Below, piece after piece: positions 46,858 through 60,722 of a DNA stretch of 64,000 nt. The stretch is from Octopus sinensis (lineage: Eukaryota): positions 3,534,001 through 3,598,000 of the forward strand of contig NC_043002.1 of NCBI RefSeq assembly GCF_006345805.1, given 5' to 3'. Position 1 is the stretch's first letter. Each line of letters begins with the position of its first letter. The translations under genes and the position numbers were made by a program. The notes beneath the pieces were generated by a model that was given only the letters and a program-made list of their open reading frames with translations, was not told the origin of the DNA and did not search any database.

Positions 46858-48039
46858 ATATGAAATTTAGAATTTAGTTCATGGACCCCCAGTACAATCT
46901 ATGTCTATGAACCACCAGAGGTCCACAGACCACAGGTTCAGAACCACTGCCCCAGGCTGACCAAAGCTTTGTAAGTGGAAACGAGTAGACAGAAACAGAA
47001 AGCAGCCCATCTCTCACACACACACACATACACACACTCATAATGTGCTTTGTTTATGTGCTTATTGGCTGCAGAGTTCATCCAGGGAGAAGTTATGGTA
47101 TGGTTTCAATGACAGAATGTCCTTCTTAATGCAAATCCCTTTACAAAGTGTACTGGATGCTTTTCTCATGACACCAGCACAGGGGCTTCTTATGTGGCAC
47201 CAGCAGGAGTAAATACAAGTATTTACAAATATTATTCCCCATAGACTTATTCTCGTTGTAGAAAAAGAAAAACTCAAAACTAACAAAGATTTATTCGGTT
47301 CAGTCAAGAGAAAACAATGCAGTTGCATCAGAACCACAAATAGATTTTAGATTTTAGGTTAATAAAAGAAGGAAAAAAATTGATGTCAGAGATTATTGTG
47401 ATAGCAATATTAACAGAGCTGGTGGTATTGGAGGTGGCAGCAACACGAGGAGGAGAAGGAGGAGCAGGACCTGCCAAGAGATTAATTGCTCAGAAAGAAA
47501 ATAGAGTTGAATTTGGGTAACTAGACCTGGTAATTAAATGTCTTTTGTTGAAATTTTTATGAATTTGCTACAATGTATTTTTTATTCAATTAATTTTTCC
47601 TTCTAAAATAAATCTGAAACAAATTTCTGTGAACTATATCTATAAAATGAAATGATGTTTCAGCTGGTCGATAAAATGTATAAATGAAAATGTTATCTGC
47701 ATATCATACTAAATGTATAAACACTGTTGAAAGGTAGGAAGCTGTGGTTTTTGTCTGAGAGAAAATCACTTCATAGATATCCTTTCTACTATAGGCACAA
47801 GGCCTGAAATTTGTGGGGTGTCAATTATATCAACCCCAGTGCTTATCTGGTACTTATTTTATGAACCCCAACACAATATGAAAGGCAAAGTTGACTTTGA
47901 ACAAAAATCAAATAAATTTTATGAAGCTTTCTGTCTGGCAAACTGTCTTAATCTCTTCATGGATACAATGTGTTAGAAACACAAAATATATATATATATA
48001 TATATTGGATCAAAGAGAACACCACAGCATTAACACATC

Positions 48040-48365
48040 ATCATCATCATCATCGTTTAACGTCCGCTTTCCATGCTAGCATGAGGTGAACGGTTTGACT
48101 GAGGACTGGCAAGCCAGGAGGCTGCACCAGGCTCCAATCTGATATGGAAAGGTTTCTACAGCTGGATGCCCTTCCTAATGCCAACCACTCCGAGAGTGTA
48201 GTGGATGCTTTTTACGTGCCACTAGCATGGGGGCCAGTCAGGTGGCACTAGCATCGACCACACTCGAATGGTGCTTTTCCATACCACTGGCACAGGAACC
48301 AGTCAGGCAGCATTGGCATCTACCATGCTCGATTGGTGCTTTTTACATACCATCAGCACTGGTGT
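48040..48365 (-). mobile_element. RTE 3' UTR fragment
   Basis: (ATC)n cgtttaacgtccgc.. plus three units. Confidence 0.88.
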
Positions 48366-48907
48366 CAGCCACAATTGAGAACAACAAATAAGTTTCATCC
48401 TAATTGGCGCTTACCAATGCTGCACACCTGTTTGTCCCTTGATAAAATGAAATTCATGCTCCAATATATAAGAAGCAGTGAATAATACTTTCAATGGTAT
48501 TGTGGAGGGCTTAAGTACCAGTTGTGTACTGGGGTCAATCTAATCGACTAGCGTGCTCCCCAAAAATTTTGGGCTTTGTGCATAGAGTAGAAAAGGTATC
48601 GTGAAGGGCTTGCTGGACTGCAGAAATACTTGGTAAAGGCAAAAGAAACAGCATTTAAATTAAAAAGGCCCTCTGTGCATCATTGCCACTGAAAGGCTTG
48701 GTGCTAAGATGAAAATCTCTTCATAAGCATGTTGTATTAAAAACATACTATCCCAATCGTTAAAGTAACAACCCAAAAAGAAAAAGACACCAAATACATA
48801 TGGAAGTATGACTAGGTACAGGCATGGTTGTAAGGTAGATGGAAGCAGAAAGAAGTTTGGCGTATGTATACTGCCACCACCGCCACCACCACCATCATCA
48901 TACATAT

Positions 48908-49550
48908 ACTCTTTACTCTTTTACTTGTTTCAGTCATTTAACTGCGGTCATGCTGGAGCACCACCTTTAATCGAGCAACTCGACCCGGGACTTATTCTTT
49001 GTAAGCCCAGTACTTATTCTATCGGTCTCTTTTGCCGAACCGCTAAGTGACGGGAACATAAACACACCAGCATCGGTTGTCAAGCAATACTAGGGGACAA
49101 ACACACACACACAAACACACATGCACATATATATATATTTCTTTACTGCCCACAAGGGGCTAAACATAGAGGGGACAAACAAGGACAGACAATGGTATTA
49201 AGTCGATTACATCGACCCCAGTTGGAAACTGGTACTTTATTTATCGACCCCGAAAGGATGAAAGGCAAAGTCGACCTCGGCGGAATTTGAACTCAGAACG
49301 TAACGACAGACGAAATACGGCTACGCATTTCGCCCGGCGTGCTAACGTTTCTGCCAGCTAGCCGCCTTATATATATATACATATATACGATGGGCTTCTT
49401 TCAGTTTCCGTCTACCAAATCCACTCACAAGGCTTTGGTCAGCCCAAGGCTATAGTAGAAGACACTTGCCCAAGATGCCATGCAGTTGGACTGAACTCGG
49501 AACCATGTGGTTGGTAACCAAGCTACTTACCACACAGTCACTCCTGCGCC
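48908..49550 (-). mobile_element. Family A SINE with a young family B SINE (49137-49368) nested in its TA tract
   Basis: The nested copy keeps its CpGs, B box gagttcaaattcc and central gtcgactttgcctttcatcctttcggggtcgataaa (recalls Meta-domain SINEs; unverified). Confidence 0.92.
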
Positions 49551-50249
49551 TATATATATATATATATATATCTTTTATATTTTGCTTGTTTTAATCCTTA
49601 GACTGCAGCCATGCTGGAGCACCACCTTGAAGTATTTTAACCAAACAAATTGACCCCAGGATTTGTTTTTTGTTTTCTTTTACAAGCCCAGTACTTGTTC
49701 TATTGTTGTTATTTTTTTTTGTTTTGCTGAACCATAAACACACCAACACCAGTTGTGAAATGGTGGTGGGGCACACACACACACACACCTGCACAACAGG
49801 CTTCTTTCAGTTTTCATCTACCAAATCCACCCACTAGGGTTTGGTTGGGCCAAGGCGATAGTAGAAGTCTGGCCCAAGGTGCCCTACACTGGGACCAAAC
49901 CCAGAACCATGTGGTTTGGAAGCAAACTTCTTACCACACAGCCATGCTTACGCGTATATGTATATACACATATACATGCATGTGTGTGTGTGTATATCTC
50001 TTGAGATAAAAGTGTCATTTCACATCAGCAGTGTCATTCATTTCCAATATTCTAGAACATCTCTGGCCATGGGGAAATATTACCATGCTTGGAAACAGGT
50101 GACAGGGGTGGCAACAGGAAGGACAACCTGTCAAAGAATATCTGTCTCAATAACCCCAACCACCATCTGACCCATGAAAGCATGGAAAAGGGAACAATAA
50201 AAAGAAATGACGATGCTGCTGCTGATATAAAATGCATGTGTGAAGATGT

Positions 50250-50900
50250 GCTGCACTCAAAAGATGGAGGGAACCTGTGGAAGAGGTAGACCCAGGAAGA
50301 CATGGGACAAGGTGTTGAGGCATGATCTTTGAATGTTGAGCCTCACAGAGGCAATGACAAGTGACTGAGACCTTTGACGATATGCCATGCTTGAGAAGAC
50401 ACATCAAGCCAAGTGAGACCATAGTCATAGCCGATGCCAGTGTTGCGTAACTGGCACATAAACAGCACCCTTTAATTGTTAGACGATATGCTGTGCTTGA
50501 GAAGACCTGTGAAGCCAAGTAAAATCGTAGTCATGGCTGATGCCAGTGCCATCTGACTGGCACCTGTGCTGGTGGCATGTATAAAACACTGTTTGGGTGC
50601 TGGACTTCATGGAGGCAGTGACAGGTGACTGAGACCCTTGGCAACATACCCCGCTTGTGTAGACCTGTCAAGCGAAGTGAGATTGTAGTTATGGCTAATG
50701 TCAATATTACATCAATGGGGTGGAACTTCAAAAGCACCCACTACACTTTTGGAGTGGTTGGCATTAGGAAGGGCACCCAGCCATAGAAACCTTGCCAAAT
50801 CAGATTAGAATTTGCTGTGGATCCCTGGCTTATCAGTTTTCAGTCAAACCGTCCAACCCATGCCAGCATGGAAAGCAGATGTTAAACAATGATGATGATG
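50250..50900 (+). mobile_element. RTE ORF end plus 3' UTR with a repeated stop-region module
   Basis: gggaacctgtggaagaggtagacccagg; repeats of gcttgagaagacctgt..aagccaagt. Confidence 0.85.
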
Positions 50901-51642
50901 ATGTGTGTGTGTTTGCAGGTCAGCCTGGAACTATAGTAAAAGACACTTGCTCAAGGTGTCACATACTGGAACTACACCAGAAACCACGTGGCCAAACATT
51001 TTAACGACATGGCCACACCTATACCTGTGTGTGCAATGGATGAATGAATGTGTGTGTGTGTGTGTGTATGTTTAAAAAGACAAGATGAAATAGATGGGAC
51101 CAGAGAGAAGAGGAGAAACAAAAAACAGGCAGTCATTGATGGGGTCACAGAATGTGATGTAAGAACTCTAATAAACTAATAATAAAAATAAGGCTAAAGT
51201 GAAGATCAAATAAATAGTGCATGTGTTTACTGGCAAACTGACCGTCCCCAAATATAACAATATATAATAGGTGAAGAAGTGACTGTGTGGTAAGTAGCTT
51301 GCTTACCAACCACATGGTTCCAGGTTCAGTCCCACTGCGTGGCACCTTAGGCAAGTGTCTTCTGCTATAGCCTCGGGCCGACCAAAGCCCTGTGAGTGGA
51401 TTTGGTAGACAGAAACTGAAAGAAGCCTGTCATATATATATGTGTGTGTCCCCAACGTCGCTTGACAACCGATGCTGGTGTGTTTGCGTCCCTGTAACTT
51501 AGTGGTTTGGCAAAAGAGACCAAAAGAATAAGTACTAGGCTAACAAAGATTAAGTCCTGGGGTCAATTTGTTTGACTAAAGGTAGTGCTCCAGCATGGCC
51601 ACAGTCAAATGACTGAAACGAGAAAAAGAATAATACACAGAT

Positions 51643-52068
51643 ATCATCATTATCACCGTGGTTTAACGTCCGATTTCCATGTTGGCATGGGTTGGACGGT
51701 TCGACTGAGGGCTGGCAAGCCAGAAGGCTGCACCAAGCTCCAATCTGATCTGGCAGAGGTTTCTACAGCTGAATGCCCTTCCTAACATCAACCACTCCAA
51801 GAATGTAGTGGGTGCTTTTTATGTGCCACCAGCATGGGGGCCAGTCCAGCAGTACTGGCATCGACCACGCTTGGATGGTGCTTTTTACATGCCTCCAGTA
51901 CAAGAACCAGTCAGGGGCACTGGCAATGACTACACTTGAATGGTGCTTTTTACATGCCACTGGCACAGGAGCCAGTCAGGTGGTACTGACATCGGTCACA
52001 GCAATGACTTCACTTGACTCAACAGGTTTGCTCAAGCACAGTTCATTGCCCAATGATTGAAAGGTACT
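51643..52068 (-). mobile_element. RTE 3' UTR fragment, head-to-head with 52120-52595 (+)
   Basis: The two copies are separated only by a (TA)n tract. Confidence 0.85.
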
Positions 52069-53809
52069 ATATATATATGTATATATATATATATATATAT
52101 ATTATTTGAAGGACACAATAGGGCGTGCTTGAGAAGACCTGTCAAGCTAAGTGAAATCATAGTCATGGTCAATGCTAGTGTCATGTAATTGGTACCCATC
52201 CCAGTGACACATAAAAAGCACCTGTTGAGCATTGGGTCTCACAGAGGCAATGTGCCTGATGCCAGTGTTGCATGAATGGTACATGAATGAACATTGGGCC
52301 ACATGGAGGCAATGACAAATGACCGAGACCTTTGGCAATGTGCCTTGCTTGAGAAGAAGACCTATCAAGCCAAGTGAAATCATAGTTATGGCAGATACTG
52401 GTGTCATGCCGGTGACACACAGAAGCACCCATTACACTCTCAGAGTGGTTGGCGTTAGGAAGGGCATCCAGCCATAGGAACCATGCCAAATCAGACTGGA
52501 GTCTGGTGCAGCCCCTCAGCTTAACAGCCCTGGTCAAACCATCCAACCCATGCCAGCATGGACAACGGACGTTAAAGGATGGTAATGGTGATGAAGGTGT
52601 GGCTAATAGTTTCAAATAGTGAGAAATAAAATATTATAAGCAGGTACAATTATCTTTCTTTTATCTTTTACTTGTTTCAGTCATTTGACTGCGGCCATGC
52701 TGGAGCACCGCCTTTAGTCAAGCAAATCGACCCTGGGACTTATTCTTTGTAAGCCTAGTACTTATTCTATCGGTCTCTTTTGCCGAACCGCTAAGTGACG
52801 GGGACGTAAACACACCAGCATCGGTTGTCAAGCAATGCTAGGGGGACAAACACACAAACATATATATATATATACATATATATGACAGGCTTCTTTCAGT
52901 TTCCGTCTACCAAATCCACTCACAAGGCATTGGTCGGCCCGGGGCTATAGCAGAAGACACTTGCCCAAGATGCCACGCAGTGGGACTGAACCCGGAGCCA
53001 TGTGGTTGGTTAGCAAGCTACTTACCACACAGCCACTCCTGCGCCTATTTATTTTGTTAAGATACTTAAAAATAAATCTTTGTCAACATTGCCGACGTTG
53101 TATTATCCATGAACAGAAACATGACTCATGATGTGCCAAGGTCAAATATGAACTCATTAGAACTCCCCACCTTCTGTAGTAAATCCCATTTAAATTGTTA
53201 ACATGGGGGAGGGGCACTGGCCTATACAAATATCTAAAATGAGTCACCTTAGTGAGTAGCAATAATTATTGCTCATATTATACATATTATATATTTATTA
53301 TATATACAGGCAGAACTCTGTGGTAAGAAGCTTGCTTCCAATCACACGGTCCCAGGTTCAGTCCCACTGCATGGCACCTTGGGCAAGTGTCTTCTACTCT
53401 AGCCTTGGGCTGACTATGGTCTTATGAGTTGATTTAGTCAACAAACTGAAAGAAGCCCGTCGTATGTATGTGTGTGTGTGTGTGTGTGTGAGTGTGTGTT
53501 TGTGTGAGTGTGTGTTTGTGTGAGTGTGTGTGTGTGTGAGTGTGTGTGTGTGAGTGTGTGTGTGTGTGTGTGAGTGTGTGTGTGTGCATTGTTTGTGTGT
53601 GCATTGTTTGTGTGTGCATTGTTTGTGTGTGCATTGTTTGTGTGTGTTTGTTCTACAACTACCACTTGACAACTAGTGTTTACATACTCATAACTTAGCA
53701 GTTCAGCAAAGGAGACCAATAGAATAAGTACTAGGCTTTAAAAAAGTCCTAGGATTGATTTCTTCGACTAAAACCCTACATAAATATATGTATATATATG
53801 TGTGTGTGC

Positions 53810-53863
<54 letters not shown>

Positions 53864-53923
53864 ATATATATATAAATAAATGAAAGAATGGAGTCGAACG
53901 AAGATGTTAACAAAATTCCTTTA

Positions 53924-54005
53924 CTCTCGACATATGTTTCGAAGACAGCATGTTTTCATTCCAAAGGAATAAAGGGTGCATTATGCAATCTTCTCATCAA
54001 GAAAG
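53924..54005 (-). ncRNA. Hammerhead-like motif (C3U variant, long stem II loop)
   Basis: Reverse complement CTTTC-TTGATGA-GAAGA..TCTTC-GAAAC-atat-GTC|GAGAG. Confidence 0.6.
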
Positions 54006-54086
54006 AAAGGGTGCCTCTCTCGACAACATGCTGACGATAAACATAGGATAATTCATTCACCTACTTAAATATATATATATATATAT

Positions 54087-54512
54087 ATCATCATCATCAT
54101 CATCGTTTAACATCTGCTTTCCATGCTGGCATGAGTTGGACGATTTGACTGAGGACTGGCAAACCAGATGGCTGCACCAGGCTCCAATCTCATCTGGCAG
54201 AGTTTCTACAGCTAGATGCCCTTCCTAATGCCAACCACTCCGAGAGTATAGTGGGTGCTTTTACGTGCCACCAGCAAGAGAACCAGTCAGGCAGTACTGG
54301 CAACGCCCATGCTCAAATGGTGTTTTTTACATGCCACCTGCACAGGAGCCAGTCCAGCAGCACTGGCAACGACCTCGCTCGAATGTTTTTTTACATGCTA
54401 CCGGCACAAGTGCCAGTAAGGCAATACTGGTAACAATCACGCTCAAATGGTGCTTTTTACGTCCCACCAGCATGGAAGCCAGGTTGCTGCTCTGGCAACG
54501 ATCACACTCAGA
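54087..54512 (-). mobile_element. RTE 3' UTR fragment, head-to-head with 54570-56198
   Basis: Units plus tail, followed by a TA/CA tract. Confidence 0.88.
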
Positions 54513-54526
54513 TATATATATTATAT

Positions 54527-54569
<43 letters not shown>

Positions 54570-54570
<1 letters not shown>

Positions 54571-56198
54571 GAGGAATTCAAGACAGGATGCCCCTGGGAG
54601 CTCCTCTATGCTGATGACTTAGCCCTCATAGCAGAATCACTACCGGAACTAGAGAAGAAATTTCATGTGTGGAAGCTAGGTTTAGAATCAAAAGGCCTTA
54701 GAGTCAATGTAGCAAAGACCAAAGTTCTAGTAAGAAGGCTAAGTTACCACACACCCCTTCAGGTAGGTGGCCCTACTTGATATGTAGAAAAGGTGTAGGT
54801 AGAAACTTCATAAGATGTGTCCAGTGTAAGCTATGGACACATAAGAGGTGCAGCAACATCAAAGGAAAATTAACCAAGAAGATAGCTTTCGTGTGCAGCA
54901 GATGGACAGGGGCAATAGACACTATTGATACTCGGAAAACAGATTCCATTACACTCCTGGGGAGAAACTAGAAGTAATTGATAGTTTCCGCTACCTAGGT
55001 GACCAAGTTAGTAACGGGGATGGATGCTCAGAGAGTGTTACCACTAGAATAAGAATAGCCTGGGCAAAGTTTAGGAAGCTTCTTCCCCTATGGGCGACAA
55101 AGAGTCTCTTGCTCAGAGTGAAAGGTAGATTGTACATGTGTGTGAACTGCCATGCTTCATGGCAGTGAAATGTGGGCTGTGACTGTGGAGGACATGTGTA
55201 GGCTTGAAAGAAATGAAGCTAGCATGATCCGCTGGATGTGCAATGTCAGTGTCCATGCACAGCAGAGTGTAAGTGCCCTGAGAGAAATGTTGGACATAAG
55301 AAGCATCAGATGCAGCGTGCAGGAGAGATGATTGTGTTGGTATGGTCATGTACTACGGATGGATGAGGAGAGATGTGTGAAGAAGTGCCACTCCCAAACT
55401 GTTGAAGGAATCCGAGGTAGAAGTAGACCCATGAAGACATGGGATGAGGTGGTCAAGCATGACCTTTGTACGTTGGGCCTCACAGAGGCTATGACAAAAG
55501 ACCAAGACCTCTGGGATATGCTGTGACTGTGAAGACCTGACAAATGAAGTGAGTTCATGGCTTGCAGGACGGCCTGCTGTGCTTGAGGAGACTTATTGTG
55601 TCAAGTTCATCAACATCAAAATAAAAATCGTATGGATATTGTAGTTGTGATACCTGTGCCGGTGGGGCCTCACAGAGGAAATGACGAAGACCGAGACCTC
55701 TGGGATATGCTGTGACTGTGAAGACCCAACAAATGAAGTGAGTTCATGGCTCGCAGTACGGCCTGCTGTGCTAACCTTGGATTGTAGAGTGACCCGCTGT
55801 TCTTGAAGAGACTTATTGAGTCAAGTATGTCAACACCAACATCAAAATAAAAATCAAATGGAAATTGTAGTTAAGATACCCGTGCCGGTGGCACATAAAA
55901 AGCACCGTCCAAACGTGGCAGATGCCAGCACTGCCTGACTGGCATCCATGTCGGTGACACGTAAAAGCATCAACCGATCATGGTCGTTTGTCAGCCTACC
56001 CTGGCCCCTGTGCCGGTGGCACGTAAAAAGCACCCACTACACTCACGGAGTGGTTAGCATTAGGAAGGGCATCCATCTGTAGAAACACTGCCAGATCAGA
56101 CTGGAGCCTGGTGCAGCCTCCTGGCTTCTCAGACCCCAGTCGAACCGTCCAACCCATGCTATCATGGAAAACAGACGTTAAACGATGATGATGATGAT
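54570..56198 (+). mobile_element. 5'-truncated RTE LINE (YADD to tail)
   Basis: EEFKTGCPWELLYADDLALIAES, PHD remnant and 3' UTR. Confidence 0.93.
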
Positions 56199-56318
56199 AT
56201 ATATATATATATATATATTAGTAAATCCCAAAAAAGAAGAACAACAAACACAAAAAACAACATGAGGACGTGGTACATGTAAAGTATTAGCAGATGCTCA
56301 GGGAAGGAAAGAAAGGCG

Positions 56319-56354
56319 GTTTTACGTTTCGAGCAGACGCTCTTCTTCAGAAAC
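56319..56354 (-). ncRNA. Minimal type I hammerhead ribozyme
   Basis: Reverse complement GTTT-CTGAAGA-a-GAGC gtct GCTC-GAAAC-GTA|AAAC. Confidence 0.78.
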
Positions 56355-57144
56355 AGAGAAAAGTCCAATAGAAAGGAAGACGGAGGAAGAAAATTGCCAA
56401 TGATTCACATGTGGTTACATTTTGAAATATATATATATATGTATATAGATATATATTCTTTAATTTTCTTAGTTTCAAGGCATTTGAAACTATCACAACA
56501 AACGACTCGAAATGAGAAGAATCCAACCAAATCAGAAAGACTAAAACCCTGAGAGTAAACCAGAGAACGACCCATCCAAGGTTAGAGTCTTAATAAAACC
56601 AAACTGAAAAAGGAGCTGATTTAATACAAAAATAGAAATAAGAGGGATTAAGAGTTTCAGTTAGCTGTTCTTCGCTAATGCAACGATTCTTTTGTTGTCA
56701 TCATCAACATGATCATCATCACCATCAATTAACATCCATTTTCCATGCTGTGATGGGTTGAATGTTTTGACAGGACCCAATAGGTCGTGTCAGCTTTGGT
56801 ATCGTTTCTACAGTTGGATGTCCTAACACCACCCACTTTACAGTGTATACCTAATCGATTTTATAACTGATCAGCAGTCCATAGCTACTGCATCTGTTGC
56901 CATGACAACTGCACCCTCTGGTATCTTTGCTGTGCCAAAGGGTACACTGCAACATAAAACTGCTTGTCTGAGCCATGTGGACCAGTCCTACTACCACAAA
57001 GGACTGGGCTTCATAATCAACAGATAAACCAATAATTTCAGTTGCTAAGTTTTTGCAACATCATCATTCAGTAGAGCAATGTTTGTGAACATAGCATTGG
57101 TCTGTGTCACTAATTAATTAGAAAAGTGATGATATAATCGTCTG

Positions 57145-57690
57145 GAAACTGTCTGGATATTCATCGTCTGGAAACTGTTCAACGACGTGCAACCAAGAGA
57201 ATACCCTCCATCAGGCATTTGCCATATTCTGAATGCCTTACTTCCCTGGGCATGGATACATTGAAACTCCGACGTCTGGCAGCTGACTTGGCAGACACCC
57301 ATGAAATTATTAACCATCTTACAAACAATAACTCTGAGCACCTTTTCAAACTCCACCTGTCTAACACCTGTGGACATGTTTACAAAGTCATAAAACAGCA
57401 CAGCTCTTTCCATGACTTCCGGAAACATTTTTTCATGCTAAGAGTTGCTGAAGCATGGAACAAACTGCCGGCATCAGTTGTTAGTTGTCGGAGCACTGCA
57501 TCCTTCAAAACTTCCATGCTTCCTGAGATTCACCAACACTACACCTGATCTTTCTCCCCTCCATACACACGCAAGCATGTATCTGACTCATGCACTGTTT
57601 GCTTTCCAGGCATTTGTACATTACTGCATATGCTTTATATGCACTTTTGACAAGTTGTGGTGCACCTGAGCACTGTATACAATAATTTCA
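57145..57690 (+). mobile_element. 3' fragment of the same CR1 family as 16391-18862
   Basis: PYSECLTSLGMDTLKLRRLAADL..EIHQHYT* and tail gtgcacctgagcactgt. Confidence 0.92.
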
Positions 57691-58241
57691 TTATGATAGA
57701 TGCAGCAGCTGATTGATTTGAAAAGTGATCGCCTACATCTGTTGACACCAGCTTGTTTTACAAATGTTAGCTGACAATTTATGAACCTATATTCAAATCA
57801 CTGGGGTACGACAAATATGGTCACAAACGCATAAATATAATAGAATTTTAAATGTCTACATAAAACAAATAAATGTAACAGAGATTTTAAGCTTTTAGTT
57901 ATGAAAGGAATAATGTGTACTAAAGGCAAAAAAGACCAAAAATTGGAGAAAGAGGAACAGTTGATAGTATCAGCTCTCGTACCTGATGACTGGTAGTTTA
58001 TTTATGGACCATGAAAGGATGAAAGCTAAGCTTGGTGGGATTTGAACTCAGAATGTAAAGAGTCAAAACAATTACTGCTCTAATGATTCTGTTGATCCAC
58101 CACCTTAACGAACAGAAATAATCAAACATATGGTATGTTGGATGAAGATTGTCAAATATATAACACTAATGAAAACAATTCCAAGTCAAACTTATATACA
58201 TATTATTTTCCATTTCATTAACAATAATAACTGGAAAGTAC

Positions 58242-58396
58242 CTTCTAGAAGTAGTAGCTAAATTTCCCTCAAATTCCACTTTACTGCATGTGTTAAGGAC
58301 ATTTTGGATAATATAGTTTGGGCTACACAATATCTGAGAGAAGACGTGGTGGTTGTGGCTAGAATGCTTTTCATTACTGGTTTGAGCAACAAGCAC
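58242..58396 (-). CDS. Candidate exon
   Basis: tttatctttcgtgtcag|VLVAQTSNEK..GNLATTSRR|GTACTT; one open frame. Confidence 0.25.
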
Positions 58397-58450
58397 CTGA
58401 CACGAAAGATAAATGAAGCATATTATAGCAATATTAGTTTATATATATAT

Positions 58451-58493
<43 letters not shown>

Positions 58494-60681
58494 AGTATGA
58501 TCTGTGCACTTCAGTTATTCGGCAGTCACTGGAACAAATTTAAAGCATATGTTGGTTAACCCAGTTTTTGATAAACACTGATCTAATCAGCCCATTCATA
58601 TTACTTTACAAACAAGTTGAAAGCAAGATTAACTCGATTAACTCACTTACAATACTCAAAGTTCTTTAAAGGTCAAATAAAGACTGAATTGTGTAGAGAC
58701 CTGTAAGCAGTACAAGTGTACAAGATATTGTGTAAACTTTATAAACATTTCAGTTGATGTTTTAAACAATGCTACGTCTCGGGATATGACATATGTTCAT
58801 AGGAAAACAATGCCTTTTAAGGAGCTTCCAAAGTAATTTGCATTGTCTTAGTATAAAATATGCAGTCAATGAATGTCAGCTGGAAAAGGAAAAGCCTGAC
58901 GAATTTGACAAACGCAATTAATCACATATTTTTACATGATTTTCAGTATCTGCAAAACATGCATCCAACAAAATGATCGTAATTATTGGTCTAATTATTA
59001 ACCAAATAGTAAAATATACTACTAGAAAACTGGTAAATTTCAAATAAAATTCTTCCCTTCCAACAAAATTACCCTGGCTAGGTAACAAGTCCAAGTAAAT
59101 AAACAATCCCAAGCTTTATGTAGAACATTTTGGAATGTTCAAATTATTCCAATCAATTTTATTGTCATTGTATTCAAACAAACTGGAAAAAAATCATATA
59201 ATATTAATTATTATTGCTTGTTATATTGCCAAGTAATCTGTCTAGAGATTTTATGAGATCAAGCTCCTTAGGTTGCAAGAAACAGTATTTATGGTTACCT
59301 CATATTTTGACACCTGGTCACCACTATTTTTATCTCTTCCAACTCCATCCTGGCCATTCAGAACCTATTTTCTATAATGTGAGTAGCTGTGTAGCTCCTC
59401 AAGAGCAAGAAACCTATTCTGTTCTGGATCCTTCTCTCAAGCTTCAACCCCTCATTCCATAGCATAACATCGCCTCCTCCTCTACTGATGCCCCACTCAG
59501 TTGAAAGAAATCTTAGTCTTCCAGGCTGTATGGCAACCTCACAGGTGCTGGTGGCATGAAAAAGAGCACCCTGGACATACTGGCACTTGGAAGGGCATCC
59601 AGCCATAGAAACCATTCCTCAGTGGACAATGAAGCACCAACCACTCCAAAAGTGTAGTAGGTGCTTTTACATGCCACCAGCACAAGGGCCAGTCAGGCAG
59701 TACTGGCATCGGCCATGCTCAAATGGTGCTTTTTACATACCACCTGCACAGGAGCCAGTCCTCAACGCACTAGCAACAACCACTCTCAAATGGTGCTTTT
59801 TTTACATGCCAGTCACACATATATATATATATATTATAAAATGGTTGTGTTTTAGTGCTGCTAAAGAAGACTTGGTTATTTTATCTCATTAGAAGATTAT
59901 CTTTAACCCTTGGTCTCCTCTAACTGAACAGATCTTTAACCAAAAGGATTCCAGCCATGACTGTTTCACCTGCTACTCAACCATTGTGTATCTAGAACAT
60001 TATTTAATGTGTCCTTCCATTTTTTAAGACAGTAGGAGGTGATTTAGGAGAAGTATGATTGCTATTTCCAGCAAGTTGAATGACAACATAGATTCACCTT
60101 GTTAAAAATAGTATTGGGGTTTCTATCCATAGAGTAAGCAAAGTTTGTCTTAATTGCCACTTGGTTATTACACATCTTTTAGAGGCAGAAATAATTGCAA
60201 TAAATCACAAATTTATGTTTTATGGTATTTGATATACCTGTTTTTTTTTTTTTATATCAAATACATGCCATAGGCCACTCTGAGTTATTTCTCTAAACTC
60301 ATTTTTATTTCAAGTGTTGGGCTCCACAGAGGCAATAACAAATGACTGAGACCTTTGGCATTATGTCGTGCTTGAGAAGAAGACCCATCAAGCCAAGTAA
60401 AATCACAGTCGTGGCAGATACTGGTGTCACACAAATGGCACCCATTACACTCTCAGAGTGGTTGGCATTAGGAAGGGCATCTAGCCGTAGAAACCATGCC
60501 AAACCAGACTGGAGTCTGGTGCAGCCTTCCAGCTTGTCAGCCCTGGTCAAACTGTCCAACCCATGCCAGCATGGACGACAGATGTTAAATGATAAGAAAA
60601 TTATCTAGGTCATAAATATGTTCTACTCTTTTTTTGTATAAGTCTAAGTCTTTTGGCTACAGGAGATAATTTTGACAATTG

Positions 60682-60722
60682 TCATGCTGATGATGGCTAT
60701 TGAGGTAGAAACATGTCTATGA
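60682..60722 (+). ncRNA. Degenerate hammerhead-like motif
   Basis: TCATG-CTGATGA-(weak stem II)-GAAAC-at-GTC|TATGA. Confidence 0.5.

Noticed and set aside
47380-47530. Short signal-peptide-like ORF MSEIIVIAILTELVV..GPAKR
   Set aside because: Only 45 aa, derived from GGA/GGT low-complexity sequence, with no supporting context
57975-58030. CTGATGA..GAAA resembling a hammerhead core (also the CTGATGA in YADD codons at 24840 and 54612)
   Set aside because: No flanking stems; explained by SINE or RT sequence
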